NCBI GenBank assembly: GCA_964629685.1
Contig: CAZVTT010000001.1
Location: 769,319 to 833,318 of the forward strand
Length of the DNA stretch: 64,000 bases
Direction: 5' to 3'
DNA from: an uncultured Gammaproteobacteria bacterium
Lineage (GTDB): Bacteria; Patescibacteriota; Microgenomatia; UBA10105; UBA927
The position numbers were made by a program, and so were the translations under genes. Numbering within the stretch: the first letter of the stretch is position 1; every line of letters starts with the position of its first letter. The notes beneath the pieces were generated by a model. That model saw only the letters and a program-made list of their open reading frames with translations, had not been told where the DNA came from and did no database searches. Of this stretch, positions 37,525 through 47,800 are shown in pieces.

Positions 37525-38712
37525 ATGAATATATTGGTTGTTGGATTCGGTCATACTTCTAAAACCGCTACTCCCACCCGCGCCAGAAGCGGTGGTGAGA
37601 CGAAACTGTTAAACATGCTACCTGTTTGGCAACGGCTTTCACAAAATCACTTGACGTTCTTAACATCAAACGCATATGCGTGCATCCTGAGGAACGAAAT
37701 TCCCGGAATTTGTACGTTGGAGTTACATAAAATATTTGATCAGAGTAAATTGGGATTTGCCTGGCTATCACTAAAAAGAATTACAGCGGTTTGGTCTGTT
37801 CGGTTATCCGAAAAGCCGGATATTATATATTGTTCTTCAGATCTTTTTTTTGACGTAATACCAAGTGTCCTAGTTAAACGATGCAATCCTAAAGCGAAAT
37901 TGATTTCCTGTGTTTTTCTAGTATCCGCTACTCCATGGCGTGCATTCCAAACTGCAGGATCGTTGCTTTCAGCTGTTAAAGCTTGGGCATTTTATTTATT
38001 ACAAATAATAAGTTTTCTATTTCTTCGTCTCTCTGCCGACGGTATTCTTGTCCTGAATGAACTCGATAAACAGTCGTTAATTCAGCGTGGCTTTCCTGCT
38101 GAAAAAATTTTTATTACCAGTGGCGGTGTGGATATCCGGGAAATAAAATTACAATCTGCAACTCCAAAGCGGTATGATGCGGTGTTCCTCGGTAGGTTCC
38201 ACCCACAAAAAGGGATTGCCGATCTTCCGGAAATTTGGAGAGCGGTCTGTCATAAACTTCCGGGAAAAAAGCTATTAGTCTGTGGTGGTGGAGATGAGCG
38301 AATGCAGAAAATACTGGGACAACAAATCCAGGATTATGGCTTGAACGCCGTTATTACGGTAAAATCTCAGCTTTCCAGAAAGGAAGTAGTGGATTGTTTG
38401 CATTCGGCAAGAGTGTTCGTATTTCCGAGTCATCATGAAAGTTGGGGATTTGTTGTTGCAGAAGCTATGGCTTGTGGGTTGCCTGTCGTCGCGTATATGT
38501 TGCCGTATATGAAGTCGGTATTTACTTCCGGTATCCGATCCGTGCCGTGTTACGATAGAGAAAAATTTGCAGAGGCAATTTGTTCTTTATTATCCGACTC
38601 AACGGAGTATAAACGCATGAGTGCTGCAGCGATTAATCAGGCAAAACGATATGATTGGAATCATGTGGCGCAACGGGAATATGGATTATTCGGGGATATA
38701 CTGAAAACATGA
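37525..38712 (+). CDS. Glycosyltransferase family 4
   Basis: C-terminal FVFPSHHESWGFVVAEAMACGLPVVAY. Confidence 0.75.
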   Translation: MNILVVGFGHTSKTATPTRARSGGETKLLNMLPVWQRLSQNHLTFLTSNAYACILRNEIPGICTLELHKIFDQSKLGFAWLSLKRITAVWSVRLSEKPDIIYCSSDLFFDVIPSVLVKRCNPKAKLISCVFLVSATPWRAFQTAGSLLSAVKAWAFYLLQIISFLFLRLSADGILVLNELDKQSLIQRGFPAEKIFITSGGVDIREIKLQSATPKRYDAVFLGRFHPQKGIADLPEIWRAVCHKLPGKKLLVCGGGDERMQKILGQQIQDYGLNAVITVKSQLSRKEVVDCLHSARVFVFPSHHESWGFVVAEAMACGLPVVAYMLPYMKSVFTSGIRSVPCYDREKFAEAICSLLSDSTEYKRMSAAAINQAKRYDWNHVAQREYGLFGDILKT

Positions 38713-39869
38713 GAATACTTTATATAACCTCCGGTTCGGAGAATGTAGGAACATACTTTCGGGCATTGTTTTGGGCAAAGTATATAGCATCAACCGGAAA
38801 TCAGGTTACGCTTATATCCGGACATGAAGGTCCTTCTTTTAAGCTAAGCGTGTCGAAAATTCGGGATGGTATACATATTGTTACGTTTATTAAAACCGGG
38901 CTGAAATGGGATTATTTTGGTTATCTATTGCGAAGTGTGCTTATCTTTTTATATGTACTTACGCATGACTTTGAAGTGATCCATGTATTTGTCGGCTGGC
39001 AGCCGCCATCGTTTGCGGCTATTTGTGCTACATATTTGAAGCGTTTATTCGGATACAAAATAAAATTACTCTGTGACTGGGATGATCTCTGGGGAGGACC
39101 ATCCGGGATTGTTCATGAACACGGTACGTTGATCTCAGCATTGGCGACGAAGTTGGAATATTTGATACCAAAACTTGCGGATAGGATAACGGTGTGCAGT
39201 AATTTCTTGTTTTGTTATGCTGTGAACTCGGGAATACCCGAAGGTAAAATTAGTATCGTATACAACGGTTCAAACGTCGATGCCATCAAACCATTATCAA
39301 AGTTAAATTCACGGAAAAAATTGGGAATTTCCGGAAACGGAAAACTGATAGTGTATATTGGACAATACCAGTCACCTATTGTAGGTATCATGCTGCGTTA
39401 TATGAAGTCATTTTTACATGCGCACAAAGACGTACGTTTCTATATACTCGGTAGTTTATCAACAGTTTATCAGCGGGAGCTACGTGATTTACCAGCAGTT
39501 TCATATCTCGGTAAAGTACCACATATTGAATTATCTTTGTACTTTTCCGCTGCGGATATCCTGTTATTGCCGATGGCGGATTCCGATGCTGAACGCGCCA
39601 GATTCCCCATTCGCTTCGGGGATTATTTAGCATCCGGTACCCCCATGTTGGTATCGCCTCAGGGAGAGGTGGCAAAATTAATTAGTGAAAATAAGCTGGC
39701 ATATACGGTTGATTTTACCGATGAATATAGTTTTAAGAACGTATTAGCGAAAGTGCTGTCGGATCCAAAAAGGGGACAAGTGGGTGCACGTGCCAGAGAT
39801 TTTGCGGAACGCAAGCTCTCTTGGAAACATATCGCACAGCAGTTAATAATCCTGTATGAAACAAATTAA
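38709..39869 (+). CDS. Glycosyltransferase family 4-like (divergent)
   Basis: ATG 38709 (MRILYITSGSENVG) overlaps the upstream TGA. GT-B two-domain length. C-terminal LLLPMADSDAERARFPIRFGDYLASGTPMLVS. Confidence 0.65.
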   Translation: MRILYITSGSENVGTYFRALFWAKYIASTGNQVTLISGHEGPSFKLSVSKIRDGIHIVTFIKTGLKWDYFGYLLRSVLIFLYVLTHDFEVIHVFVGWQPPSFAAICATYLKRLFGYKIKLLCDWDDLWGGPSGIVHEHGTLISALATKLEYLIPKLADRITVCSNFLFCYAVNSGIPEGKISIVYNGSNVDAIKPLSKLNSRKKLGISGNGKLIVYIGQYQSPIVGIMLRYMKSFLHAHKDVRFYILGSLSTVYQRELRDLPAVSYLGKVPHIELSLYFSAADILLLPMADSDAERARFPIRFGDYLASGTPMLVSPQGEVAKLISENKLAYTVDFTDEYSFKNVLAKVLSDPKRGQVGARARDFAERKLSWKHIAQQLIILYETN

Positions 39870-41025
39870 ACCGGTCGTAATGATCGTAACTCCTTTTTTT
39901 AGTCCCAATGTGGGAGGAGTGGAAACACACCTTGATGATTTAGTTGATGTATTAAACGTCAAACACATTCATTCCGTCGTTTCCACCTATTCTCCGTTAA
40001 CAACGGTTATAGCATTCAAACAGAAGGAACAGCGTGAGCTGTGTACCATTTATCGTCTACAGTGGATAGGTAGAAATATATTTCATGCGATAGAACATAA
40101 TCCGTTATTTGCAATGCTATATTTATTCCCGGGTCTGTTTATTCAAACAGTCCTTTTATTAATGAAACATCCGGAAGTTACGGTACTGCATGCACAGGGT
40201 TTCGTGGCAGCTCTTGTCGTTAAGTGCTGCAGTGTCTTTTTCCGTAAGCGGACGGTTATGAGTACACATGCTCTGTACACGCTACCCCAAAAGAAGCTTT
40301 TGGCGGGAGTATTTACATGGATTCTCTCGGGTTTTGATGTAGTACTAACATTATCCAAGGCATCTACAGATGAGTTGGTCCATGGAGGTATCCCTGCGAA
40401 TAAGATTAAACGGTATACCTATTGGGTAAATCAGAACATATTTAAACCCGGAGATAGTTTGGTGTCAAAACGGAATTTGGGTATATCGCACTCGAAACTG
40501 ATTCTATTCATGGGTCGACTTTTACGGAAGAAAGGTACGGAAATAGCGCTTGAGTTGGCAACCGGTATGCAAAAACACAATTATGCGGTGGGTATAATCG
40601 GAACCGGACCCGAGGAATTGAGAATCCGTACAAGCACCCGGGAAATACCCAATCTTTTGTTTTGGGGGAGAGTAAATAATACGCAGATTGTAAAATATTT
40701 ACAGGCTGCAGATGTACTCATAGTTCCTTCCCTTTATGAAGAGGGTATGGCTCGTGTGGTTATGGAGGCACTTTCCTGCGGCATACCCGTAGCTGCTAGC
40801 AATAGAGGGTCTTTACCGGAGATGTTGACGGAGCCTAAAATTTGTCGACTGGTAGAGCCCACGGTTGCGGAGTTTACTAAAGCAGTCAAATCGCTCACTG
40901 CATTGCCGGCAGTCCAGCAGCGCATTTTGAGTCGGCGTTTTGCAGAACAGCGGTTTTCCGATAAGAATGCGGAAGTGATTTTATCAGCATACGAACATAC
41001 AAGTGTTGTAGTTAAGCATCCATGA
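39856..41025 (+). CDS. Glycosyltransferase family 4
   Basis: VMIVTPFFSPNVGGVETHLDDL and EEGMARVVMEALSCGIPVAASNRGSLPEM. Confidence 0.75.
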   Translation: MKQIKPVVMIVTPFFSPNVGGVETHLDDLVDVLNVKHIHSVVSTYSPLTTVIAFKQKEQRELCTIYRLQWIGRNIFHAIEHNPLFAMLYLFPGLFIQTVLLLMKHPEVTVLHAQGFVAALVVKCCSVFFRKRTVMSTHALYTLPQKKLLAGVFTWILSGFDVVLTLSKASTDELVHGGIPANKIKRYTYWVNQNIFKPGDSLVSKRNLGISHSKLILFMGRLLRKKGTEIALELATGMQKHNYAVGIIGTGPEELRIRTSTREIPNLLFWGRVNNTQIVKYLQAADVLIVPSLYEEGMARVVMEALSCGIPVAASNRGSLPEMLTEPKICRLVEPTVAEFTKAVKSLTALPAVQQRILSRRFAEQRFSDKNAEVILSAYEHTSVVVKHP

Positions 41026-41897
41026 AAAACATAGTACAGAAATCTATATTTAATACGAAGTATGAAGAACACAAGGGAGATATAAGCGAACTTCTGGTTG
41101 ATCTGCATCTCAGGCGAAAATCAGGATTAAGCTGGTATCCACGTGCTTTATATGAGCAAACATTTACGGAAAATGAATCTTCCTTAGCGGTAACTCCCAG
41201 AAGTTCCGTTCTCGATGTCGGCTGCGGCGTGGGAGCATCGGCTATTAGTTTTGTACTATCAGGTGCTGAAGTTGTGGGAATAGATTTTTCCGCAGCAGGA
41301 ATTAAACGTGCCAGAAATATATTTAACGCGGCAGGTGAAAAAAAGATCAGTTTTAAACAGGCTGATTTTTTTGCTCTGCATAAAAACAGGAAAAGATATG
41401 ATGTCATTAGTCTGCAAACGTTTATGGAACATATGGAAGATATGGGTCAAGCCGGTCGCGTGTTGAGAACTGCTAAAATTTTACTAAAGCCCGGTGGTAA
41501 AATTTTTATTTATACGGTGAATAAGCATTTTATATACAGGTCTCTGGCGAAAATATTTAAACCGGACTATTTACGGAAACAACTGGAAGCCATGGGACAT
41601 CACGACCAGCTATTTTATGATGAAAAAGATTTCAGAACATTGTTTGCTCAGGTGGGTTTAAAAACGGTCAAAGTTTCGTTCGTATTCGGACCGGTATCAT
41701 TTCTGTATGATTTATATCTTTATCCGAAAATTCTCTCGTGGTATCTCAGTAGCAGGGAATCGAATACTATTCCCACATGGGCGGGAGTATATGACCATGT
41801 AATACTTCCCGTGCTTAGAATATTTTCGGTACTGGATATGCCGTTCATCCGAGCCGGCAACAGTAGCGGAATTATCGCTATTGCGGTAAAATTATGA
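41022..41897 (+). CDS. Class I SAM-dependent methyltransferase
   Basis: VLDVGCGVGASAISFVLSGAEVVGIDFS (motif I and II) and LKPGGKIFI. Confidence 0.75.
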   Translation: MKNIVQKSIFNTKYEEHKGDISELLVDLHLRRKSGLSWYPRALYEQTFTENESSLAVTPRSSVLDVGCGVGASAISFVLSGAEVVGIDFSAAGIKRARNIFNAAGEKKISFKQADFFALHKNRKRYDVISLQTFMEHMEDMGQAGRVLRTAKILLKPGGKIFIYTVNKHFIYRSLAKIFKPDYLRKQLEAMGHHDQLFYDEKDFRTLFAQVGLKTVKVSFVFGPVSFLYDLYLYPKILSWYLSSRESNTIPTWAGVYDHVILPVLRIFSVLDMPFIRAGNSSGIIAIAVKL

Positions 41898-44800
41898 GGC
41901 TGTCCACCCGCTTCATGAAACGAACAACATTCTTGGCTTTACTTCTATTTATTCTCGTTTCCGCCTGTTTCTTCCGAACCGTTTTGTTTACTCGCGGTAT
42001 GATTGCCAGGACTTGGGACTGGGGTATTCCGGCTACCGGTACGCAGTACGAAAAGGTACTTTCTTCACAGTTTTTTGTTTGGGACGATCGAATATACGGG
42101 GGTTTAAAATCCACATTTAAAAATGAGCTGCCGTTCTGGTTGCTTTTTTCCCCGCTGTCACCATTTGGAGGAGAAGTAGTCTCTAAAGTTATCCCCTTAC
42201 TACTCATCATACTAGCAGGATTTTCCATGTTCCTACTCGGTACAAAAACATTTCGTTCAAATTGGTTTACCGCGTTTATCGCCGGAATGTTCTATGCATA
42301 TTCACCTTTTGCGTATAGCCGGATTATTGCCGGGCATGTAACCATGCTGTTGGGCTATGCGCTTCTGCCTTTACTGTTAGGATTCAGCATTACTTTTTTT
42401 TCCTACCCAAAACGTTCCACGATACATATGTTGGGGATTTTTTCCGCACTTTTAATTATAGCTACGCTTGTTTCGGTTCACTTAAATATGGCAATTCTCG
42501 GAATCGGAATAGTATTTCTGGGCTGCATTTATACGATTACGGAATACCGAAGTCGTATACTGTCTCTTCTAACAAAGCTCGTTTTTTTCGGAATCGGATT
42601 TGTGTTGTTAAATGCGTTCTGGATTGTACCCGTTGTGACTTCGTATATATATGAGCGGGGTATTTATTTACGACCGAATGAAACGGTAACCGAAGAAGCA
42701 GCCAGGCGCGTAAGTTATATTTCTTCTCAGAGTCAATCGCTATTGGGTGTTATTTCCTATGACCTACCGTTTGGTTTAAGCACCGAGTTCGTGTACCCCA
42801 ATTCCGGTGTCGGGAAAGTTTTCCTCTCACTGGCGGCTATTCTGCTTTTTGGGTGCCTGCTTATTTCTTCCGGCATCATGAAGCGGGCCAAAATGCTCAT
42901 ATTTTATGCATTTTTTCTCATAAGTCTACTACTTACTACCGGCAACACTCTTATCCCCGGGGAGGTGCTGTACGGAGTGCTGCTACGGTTTGTACCGTTT
43001 ATTTTTGCCGGGTTTTCAAATCCCCTCCGATTTTTACCGTACGTATTCCTTTCTGCCGGCGTTATTCTAATCTTCTGCATTAAACATCTGGAAGTACGCT
43101 TTGTGCGGTATCTTTTCGTAGTTAGATTTTTACTCGTATTTTGGTTGATATTGCTTATTCAACCGTGGTTAGGTTCTGCCTTTATACGTCCGATTGTTCC
43201 CGGTGATTCGCAACCTCTTTCATTAATTATTGCGCCGGTTCATGGTGATAGCGAAAAAATAGAGCGGTTGTTGTCGGAACAGGAGAGTACGAATCGATTC
43301 GTGGTATTTCCTCCCTCGTTTCTGTCCTGGCCGGGACAAACTGATCAAATTTTTCCTTGGGCTGCAGGTTATTATCCGAAGCCCGTTATGTTTCAGTACC
43401 TGCAGGAGCCTTTGGCAACTGCGTTGTATCAACAGTTATACACAAGAGCGACGAGTGTATACCTGGCGCGCTTGCTTGGGTTAGGGAATGTGGAAACCAT
43501 AGTATACCCCTATTATGATTCCTTCGAATCGTATTATACATTTCGACCGGGAATTAAAAACTATAAACCTTTATTCGATGCCAATTTGTCAGTTCAACGC
43601 AATATAACGGAATTCCCTACTACGGCCACTCATACCCGAGTTTGGAAAAATGAAGATGTCTTGCCCAAGATATATGCTTCCGAATTTACTACGGTAATTA
43701 ATACGAATGAAGCACTTGTAGATGCGGTTTCACTGCCGGGTTATATTCAACGGTCATTAATACGAACTGAATCTGGTGAGGAAACAATACTCCCGTATAA
43801 CCGTTTGATTTTGAAACCTCAGATGGTAACACCACCCAAAGAAAATGCGGAGTTGGATGCCTTGGTTTCACCGCCGGTCAGATTTCTGCCAACGTCGCCG
43901 TTTTATTGGATAGTAAAACGCAGCGAATCGCGAATTTATTCTGTTTCGTCGGATCCCCAAGTCCGTGAAGCACTAACGTTGGCGGGTAAACGTCTGGCAG
44001 AAATACGCATGATGTTGGCCAGACAGCCATATCCTTATCTGGAAGTAAAAGAAAACATTCTTGAATATGAACGGATTGTACGGCTGGTAGCTGTATATAT
44101 TGACGCAAACGGCATTTTATCTGAGCAGACAGCGTTTGATATACGGTACGTTTTCGATCATCACTATCGGGATATTCAACAAATTTCCGCAGCCAAAGAG
44201 TTTGATGGGTTTGCGTCTGAGCTCAATAGTACGCTATCGTTGCTTTTTGACTTACTTCAACAGGTAGAAAAAAACATTGTATCGCGTTCGGATCCGAATG
44301 TCCTATATTTTTCCCTGGATAACTCCAACGCCGGTGAATATGAAATGTGGCTTCCGGACGAACATTCTCTACCCGAGTCCGTGACGATTAATGATGATTT
44401 CCTTGATATAACGAAAATACAGCATAAGGAAGAATGGGTGTCGTTAGGAAAAATAAACATGCCAAAGGGAAAAATAAGAATGGAAATGAAGTATAAACCC
44501 CAACAGAACCTGTGGGCTGGTTTTACTAACCAATTCATTACAGACCAGACCATTGGGGGAGATTTGGTGGAAGTGTTAAAAGGGCAACCGAGGTATATGT
44601 CTTACCTGAAAGAAATTTCCGGGATTATACCAAATCGTTTATACCGATTGTCGTTTTCATATAAGGTTTCGGATAGTCCTGCCAGATTAACGATTGGACC
44701 GATACTGGGACAAAACAGTACTCATGTGGAAAATACATCTTACTATGAAAAGATACTCGTTCCTGAAAATAACTGGCGGGAATCTCATCTGAATTTTTAT

Positions 44801-45403
44801 TCTGCCGTTTCCACGACAGCGGCAGTGGTGAAGCTTGATACGAATCCGACAGAATATAATATTGAACACTATAAATTAAAGGACATGAATTTTTCGGAAG
44901 TACCGGAAGCCCGCCCTGTCTTCGTAAGAACAGAAAATATACCGGCAATTACGATTCCTACCATCCATTTCCAAAAGGTAAATCCGGCACGTTATCGGGT
45001 ATTAGTATCAGGTGCCGTGGAACCGTTTACGTTGGTTTTTGGAGAATCTTTCCATTCCGGTTGGCAGATTTCCAGACGTAAGACTACTGAAATGTCATCA
45101 GGTTCAAAAGGTTTAACGTATTTTAACGGTCAAGTTACGGAGGAAGTCCCGAACTATTCGTTTATGGATTTGAATTTTTTATCAGGAGAAAGATATGAAA
45201 AATTACCGTATCCATTAAAACATTTTATGGTAAATGGCTATGCGAACGCATGGCTTTTGGACCAAAGCGGATCGTATGAATTGGAGTTGGAATTTGTACC
45301 GCAGCGATATATGTATGCCGGGTTATTTATAGCGGGATTAAGTTGGGCTATTTGTCTCACCCTCGGACTTATTTGGTTAATAAAAAGGCAGCAACATGAA
45401 TAA
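41894..45403 (+). CDS. Giant (1169 aa) polytopic membrane protein, unknown family, paralog 2
   Basis: The N-terminal TM bundle carries RTWDWGIP...YSRIIAGHVTMLLGYALLPL, parallel to 32634-35378. The hydrophilic domain is about 650 aa. A C-terminal TM anchor (LFIAGLSWAICLTLGLIWLI) is preceded by HFMVNGYANAWLLD. Confidence 0.5.
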   Translation: MRLSTRFMKRTTFLALLLFILVSACFFRTVLFTRGMIARTWDWGIPATGTQYEKVLSSQFFVWDDRIYGGLKSTFKNELPFWLLFSPLSPFGGEVVSKVIPLLLIILAGFSMFLLGTKTFRSNWFTAFIAGMFYAYSPFAYSRIIAGHVTMLLGYALLPLLLGFSITFFSYPKRSTIHMLGIFSALLIIATLVSVHLNMAILGIGIVFLGCIYTITEYRSRILSLLTKLVFFGIGFVLLNAFWIVPVVTSYIYERGIYLRPNETVTEEAARRVSYISSQSQSLLGVISYDLPFGLSTEFVYPNSGVGKVFLSLAAILLFGCLLISSGIMKRAKMLIFYAFFLISLLLTTGNTLIPGEVLYGVLLRFVPFIFAGFSNPLRFLPYVFLSAGVILIFCIKHLEVRFVRYLFVVRFLLVFWLILLIQPWLGSAFIRPIVPGDSQPLSLIIAPVHGDSEKIERLLSEQESTNRFVVFPPSFLSWPGQTDQIFPWAAGYYPKPVMFQYLQEPLATALYQQLYTRATSVYLARLLGLGNVETIVYPYYDSFESYYTFRPGIKNYKPLFDANLSVQRNITEFPTTATHTRVWKNEDVLPKIYASEFTTVINTNEALVDAVSLPGYIQRSLIRTESGEETILPYNRLILKPQMVTPPKENAELDALVSPPVRFLPTSPFYWIVKRSESRIYSVSSDPQVREALTLAGKRLAEIRMMLARQPYPYLEVKENILEYERIVRLVAVYIDANGILSEQTAFDIRYVFDHHYRDIQQISAAKEFDGFASELNSTLSLLFDLLQQVEKNIVSRSDPNVLYFSLDNSNAGEYEMWLPDEHSLPESVTINDDFLDITKIQHKEEWVSLGKINMPKGKIRMEMKYKPQQNLWAGFTNQFITDQTIGGDLVEVLKGQPRYMSYLKEISGIIPNRLYRLSFSYKVSDSPARLTIGPILGQNSTHVENTSYYEKILVPENNWRESHLNFYSAVSTTAAVVKLDTNPTEYNIEHYKLKDMNFSEVPEARPVFVRTENIPAITIPTIHFQKVNPARYRVLVSGAVEPFTLVFGESFHSGWQISRRKTTEMSSGSKGLTYFNGQVTEEVPNYSFMDLNFLSGERYEKLPYPLKHFMVNGYANAWLLDQSGSYELELEFVPQRYMYAGLFIAGLSWAICLTLGLIWLIKRQQHE

Positions 45404-45734
45404 GTATTTACCAAATATGCAGATAAATTGGATCGGGGATTTGCCCAAAATACTGGTGTACGTAGTTTTAGTTTTCTGCGTAGTGATGGTAAAACAATTG
45501 CCGTACTTCAACGTGTATTTACCACTATCTTATTGTCTGATTCTTTTATGGGTAGCCGGTATTTGGATGTTTAGACCAAAACAATGGGTAACGCTGACCA
45601 TAAGCTTGTTATTCTTTATTGTAGGCGCTGTAGTACATGTTACCGGTGATACCTCCGTAGCGGGTGAGTTTGTAACGGCTGGCTATTATATTTGCTTTAT
45701 CCTATTTTTCCGGAATTTGCGGGTTACGTTATGA
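45396..45734 (+). CDS. Small (112 aa) 3-4 TM membrane protein, function unknown (GtrA-like flippase candidate)
   Basis: Almost entirely hydrophobic. Translationally coupled at both ends (8-nt and ATGA overlaps) between two giant membrane proteins. Confidence 0.35.
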   Translation: MNKYLPNMQINWIGDLPKILVYVVLVFCVVMVKQLPYFNVYLPLSYCLILLWVAGIWMFRPKQWVTLTISLLFFIVGAVVHVTGDTSVAGEFVTAGYYICFILFFRNLRVTL

Positions 45735-47782
45735 AACGTATATTTGGGTCTGGTATCGTGAATCTACTTGTCAGTCTACTGCTTGTTTGTTTCGTTTATC
45801 GCGGATGGTTTACCGGTTCACTGGTTTTCGGTGGTGATCATTTTTTCCCTCCATATAGCTCAATGGTATCGGGGTTAGCTGACAGGCCATACGCGTGGGA
45901 TCCTTTTAAGGGAAATGGTTTAGGCGGGGTGAATCTTGGCACATTATGGATAGATACTTATGCGCAGGTGGTACCGAATTTGCTTCAGAGGGTCGGTATT
46001 CCTCCTGCTATGACGCAAAAAGTAGTATTTACGTGGTTGTTTTTAGTTCTGGGATTTGTAAGTATTTCGTTCTTTTCCCGAGTACTATTTGGCCTTTCCG
46101 GATTAACTGGTTGGTATAGCGGAGTATTGTATCTTACCAATACTTATATTCTCATGGTTATGAGCGGTGGGCAATTCGGAATCGGTATGGCGTATGCCAT
46201 TGCGCCCCTCGTGTTAGGTCTGACAGTTCTGTGTCTGCGGGGTACACCTGCGGTTTCTCCTCCGAAATTATCATATTTGTTGGGATTTGTGATTTCGATT
46301 CAGATTTTTTTCGACTTGCGGTTAACGTATATTACTCTGTGGATGGTTTTGGGAGCTTGTATCGCGTATATAATTCTTTCGCGCCCGGAGACCCGTATGC
46401 AGCAGCTTCTAAAAGTGGCAGTACGAATAGGTGTCCTCCCGGCAGTAGTAGCAGTCTTGCCTCACATGTTTTGGTTACTCCCGTTACTCGTTTATCGGGT
46501 AAATCCGGTGGAACAACTGGGTGCCGCATATACGAGTATCTCCGCCGTCAGATTCTTTAGTTTTGCCGATTATTCGCATGCCTTTACCTGGTTACATCCG
46601 AATTGGCCGGAGAACATATTCGGAAAAACATATTTCCTGCAGCCGGAATTCTTGATAGTTCCTATAGTGGTTTTTTCCGCGCTGTGGGTTATACCTAAAG
46701 TTGCAAATTTAGAACATTGGGTTACATTCCGAATTAGGTTACTGATGCTGTTGGCACTTATCGGAATATTTTTATCGAAAGGAACGCAAGAGCCGTTGGG
46801 ATTTATATATCTTTGGTTATATACATATATTCCGGGTTTCTTTCTGTTCCGTGATCCGACCAAATTCTATCTCGTAACTGCAATTGCTTATTCAGTTTTA
46901 ATCCCAATTTCGCTTGCACTGATATACAGATGGGTTTCTATGAACCCATTTATGAAGACATATGTAAAGTCGCGCTGGGTTGTGCAGGGGGCTTTGCTTG
47001 TCGTAGCTATCGGTTGGCTTGTACTTATAAGACAAAGTATTACAGGAGAAATCCGGGGCACGTTTTATCCCAAACGTATTGCACCTGAATACGGCGTATT
47101 TGCAGAGCATATGCATGCTGACACAGCATTTTATCGAACGCTTTGGTTACCCAGACATCATTTTGCCTCATACTTTGATGTAAGTCATCCGGTGGTGGAT
47201 GCGGACCTCCTCATTCCCGGAGCTGGAATATATGACACAATAGAGTATCTGCAACTAGCTTCTGCATATACAAAATTATCTGACATTGGAGTACGGTATA
47301 TTGTAGTTCCGTATGATACGGAACAGAACATTTTCACCATAGACCGGAAATACGATCACGCTCAATATACGGCGGCAGTAGAAACGCTGAGTACGATTCC
47401 CTGGCTTACAAAAGTTAACGGTTACGGATCTTTGGGAGTTTTTGAGCTCAAACGATATCTGCCCAAGTTTTCCTTAACACGTGCTCCGGAATTAAGGGAC
47501 GTTGCGTATACTATGCATGAACCTACGAGGTTTACTGTTGAGTTGCCCGCTGGAAGTAGTCTCTTACGGTTTAATGAGAGGTATGCACCCGGCTGGGTAT
47601 TACGGACGGGTTCACGGAAAGTAACGGCAGTTGCGGACGGAGACGGAATGATGGAGTTTCCTGTAGCTGGTTTACGTGATTCGGTAGAAATTTATTTTGA
47701 ACCACAGCAACTGCTCGAGCGATCCGGATTAATTGCAATAGTAATGCTGATTATTTTATCCGTTGGAGTACTATTTTTTTAG
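45731..47782 (+). CDS. Large (~683 aa) polytopic membrane protein, unknown family, paralog 3 (more divergent)
   Basis: ATG 45731 (MKRIFGSG) overlaps the upstream TGA. About 13 TM helices in the N-terminal ~430 aa, then a hydrophilic domain and a C-terminal TM helix (LIAIVMLIILSVGVLFF). The first loop GGDHFFPPYSSM..AWDPF resembles the other two. Confidence 0.45.
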   Translation: MKRIFGSGIVNLLVSLLLVCFVYRGWFTGSLVFGGDHFFPPYSSMVSGLADRPYAWDPFKGNGLGGVNLGTLWIDTYAQVVPNLLQRVGIPPAMTQKVVFTWLFLVLGFVSISFFSRVLFGLSGLTGWYSGVLYLTNTYILMVMSGGQFGIGMAYAIAPLVLGLTVLCLRGTPAVSPPKLSYLLGFVISIQIFFDLRLTYITLWMVLGACIAYIILSRPETRMQQLLKVAVRIGVLPAVVAVLPHMFWLLPLLVYRVNPVEQLGAAYTSISAVRFFSFADYSHAFTWLHPNWPENIFGKTYFLQPEFLIVPIVVFSALWVIPKVANLEHWVTFRIRLLMLLALIGIFLSKGTQEPLGFIYLWLYTYIPGFFLFRDPTKFYLVTAIAYSVLIPISLALIYRWVSMNPFMKTYVKSRWVVQGALLVVAIGWLVLIRQSITGEIRGTFYPKRIAPEYGVFAEHMHADTAFYRTLWLPRHHFASYFDVSHPVVDADLLIPGAGIYDTIEYLQLASAYTKLSDIGVRYIVVPYDTEQNIFTIDRKYDHAQYTAAVETLSTIPWLTKVNGYGSLGVFELKRYLPKFSLTRAPELRDVAYTMHEPTRFTVELPAGSSLLRFNERYAPGWVLRTGSRKVTAVADGDGMMEFPVAGLRDSVEIYFEPQQLLERSGLIAIVMLIILSVGVLFF

Positions 47783-47800
47783 TATGTTACAATAAAATCC

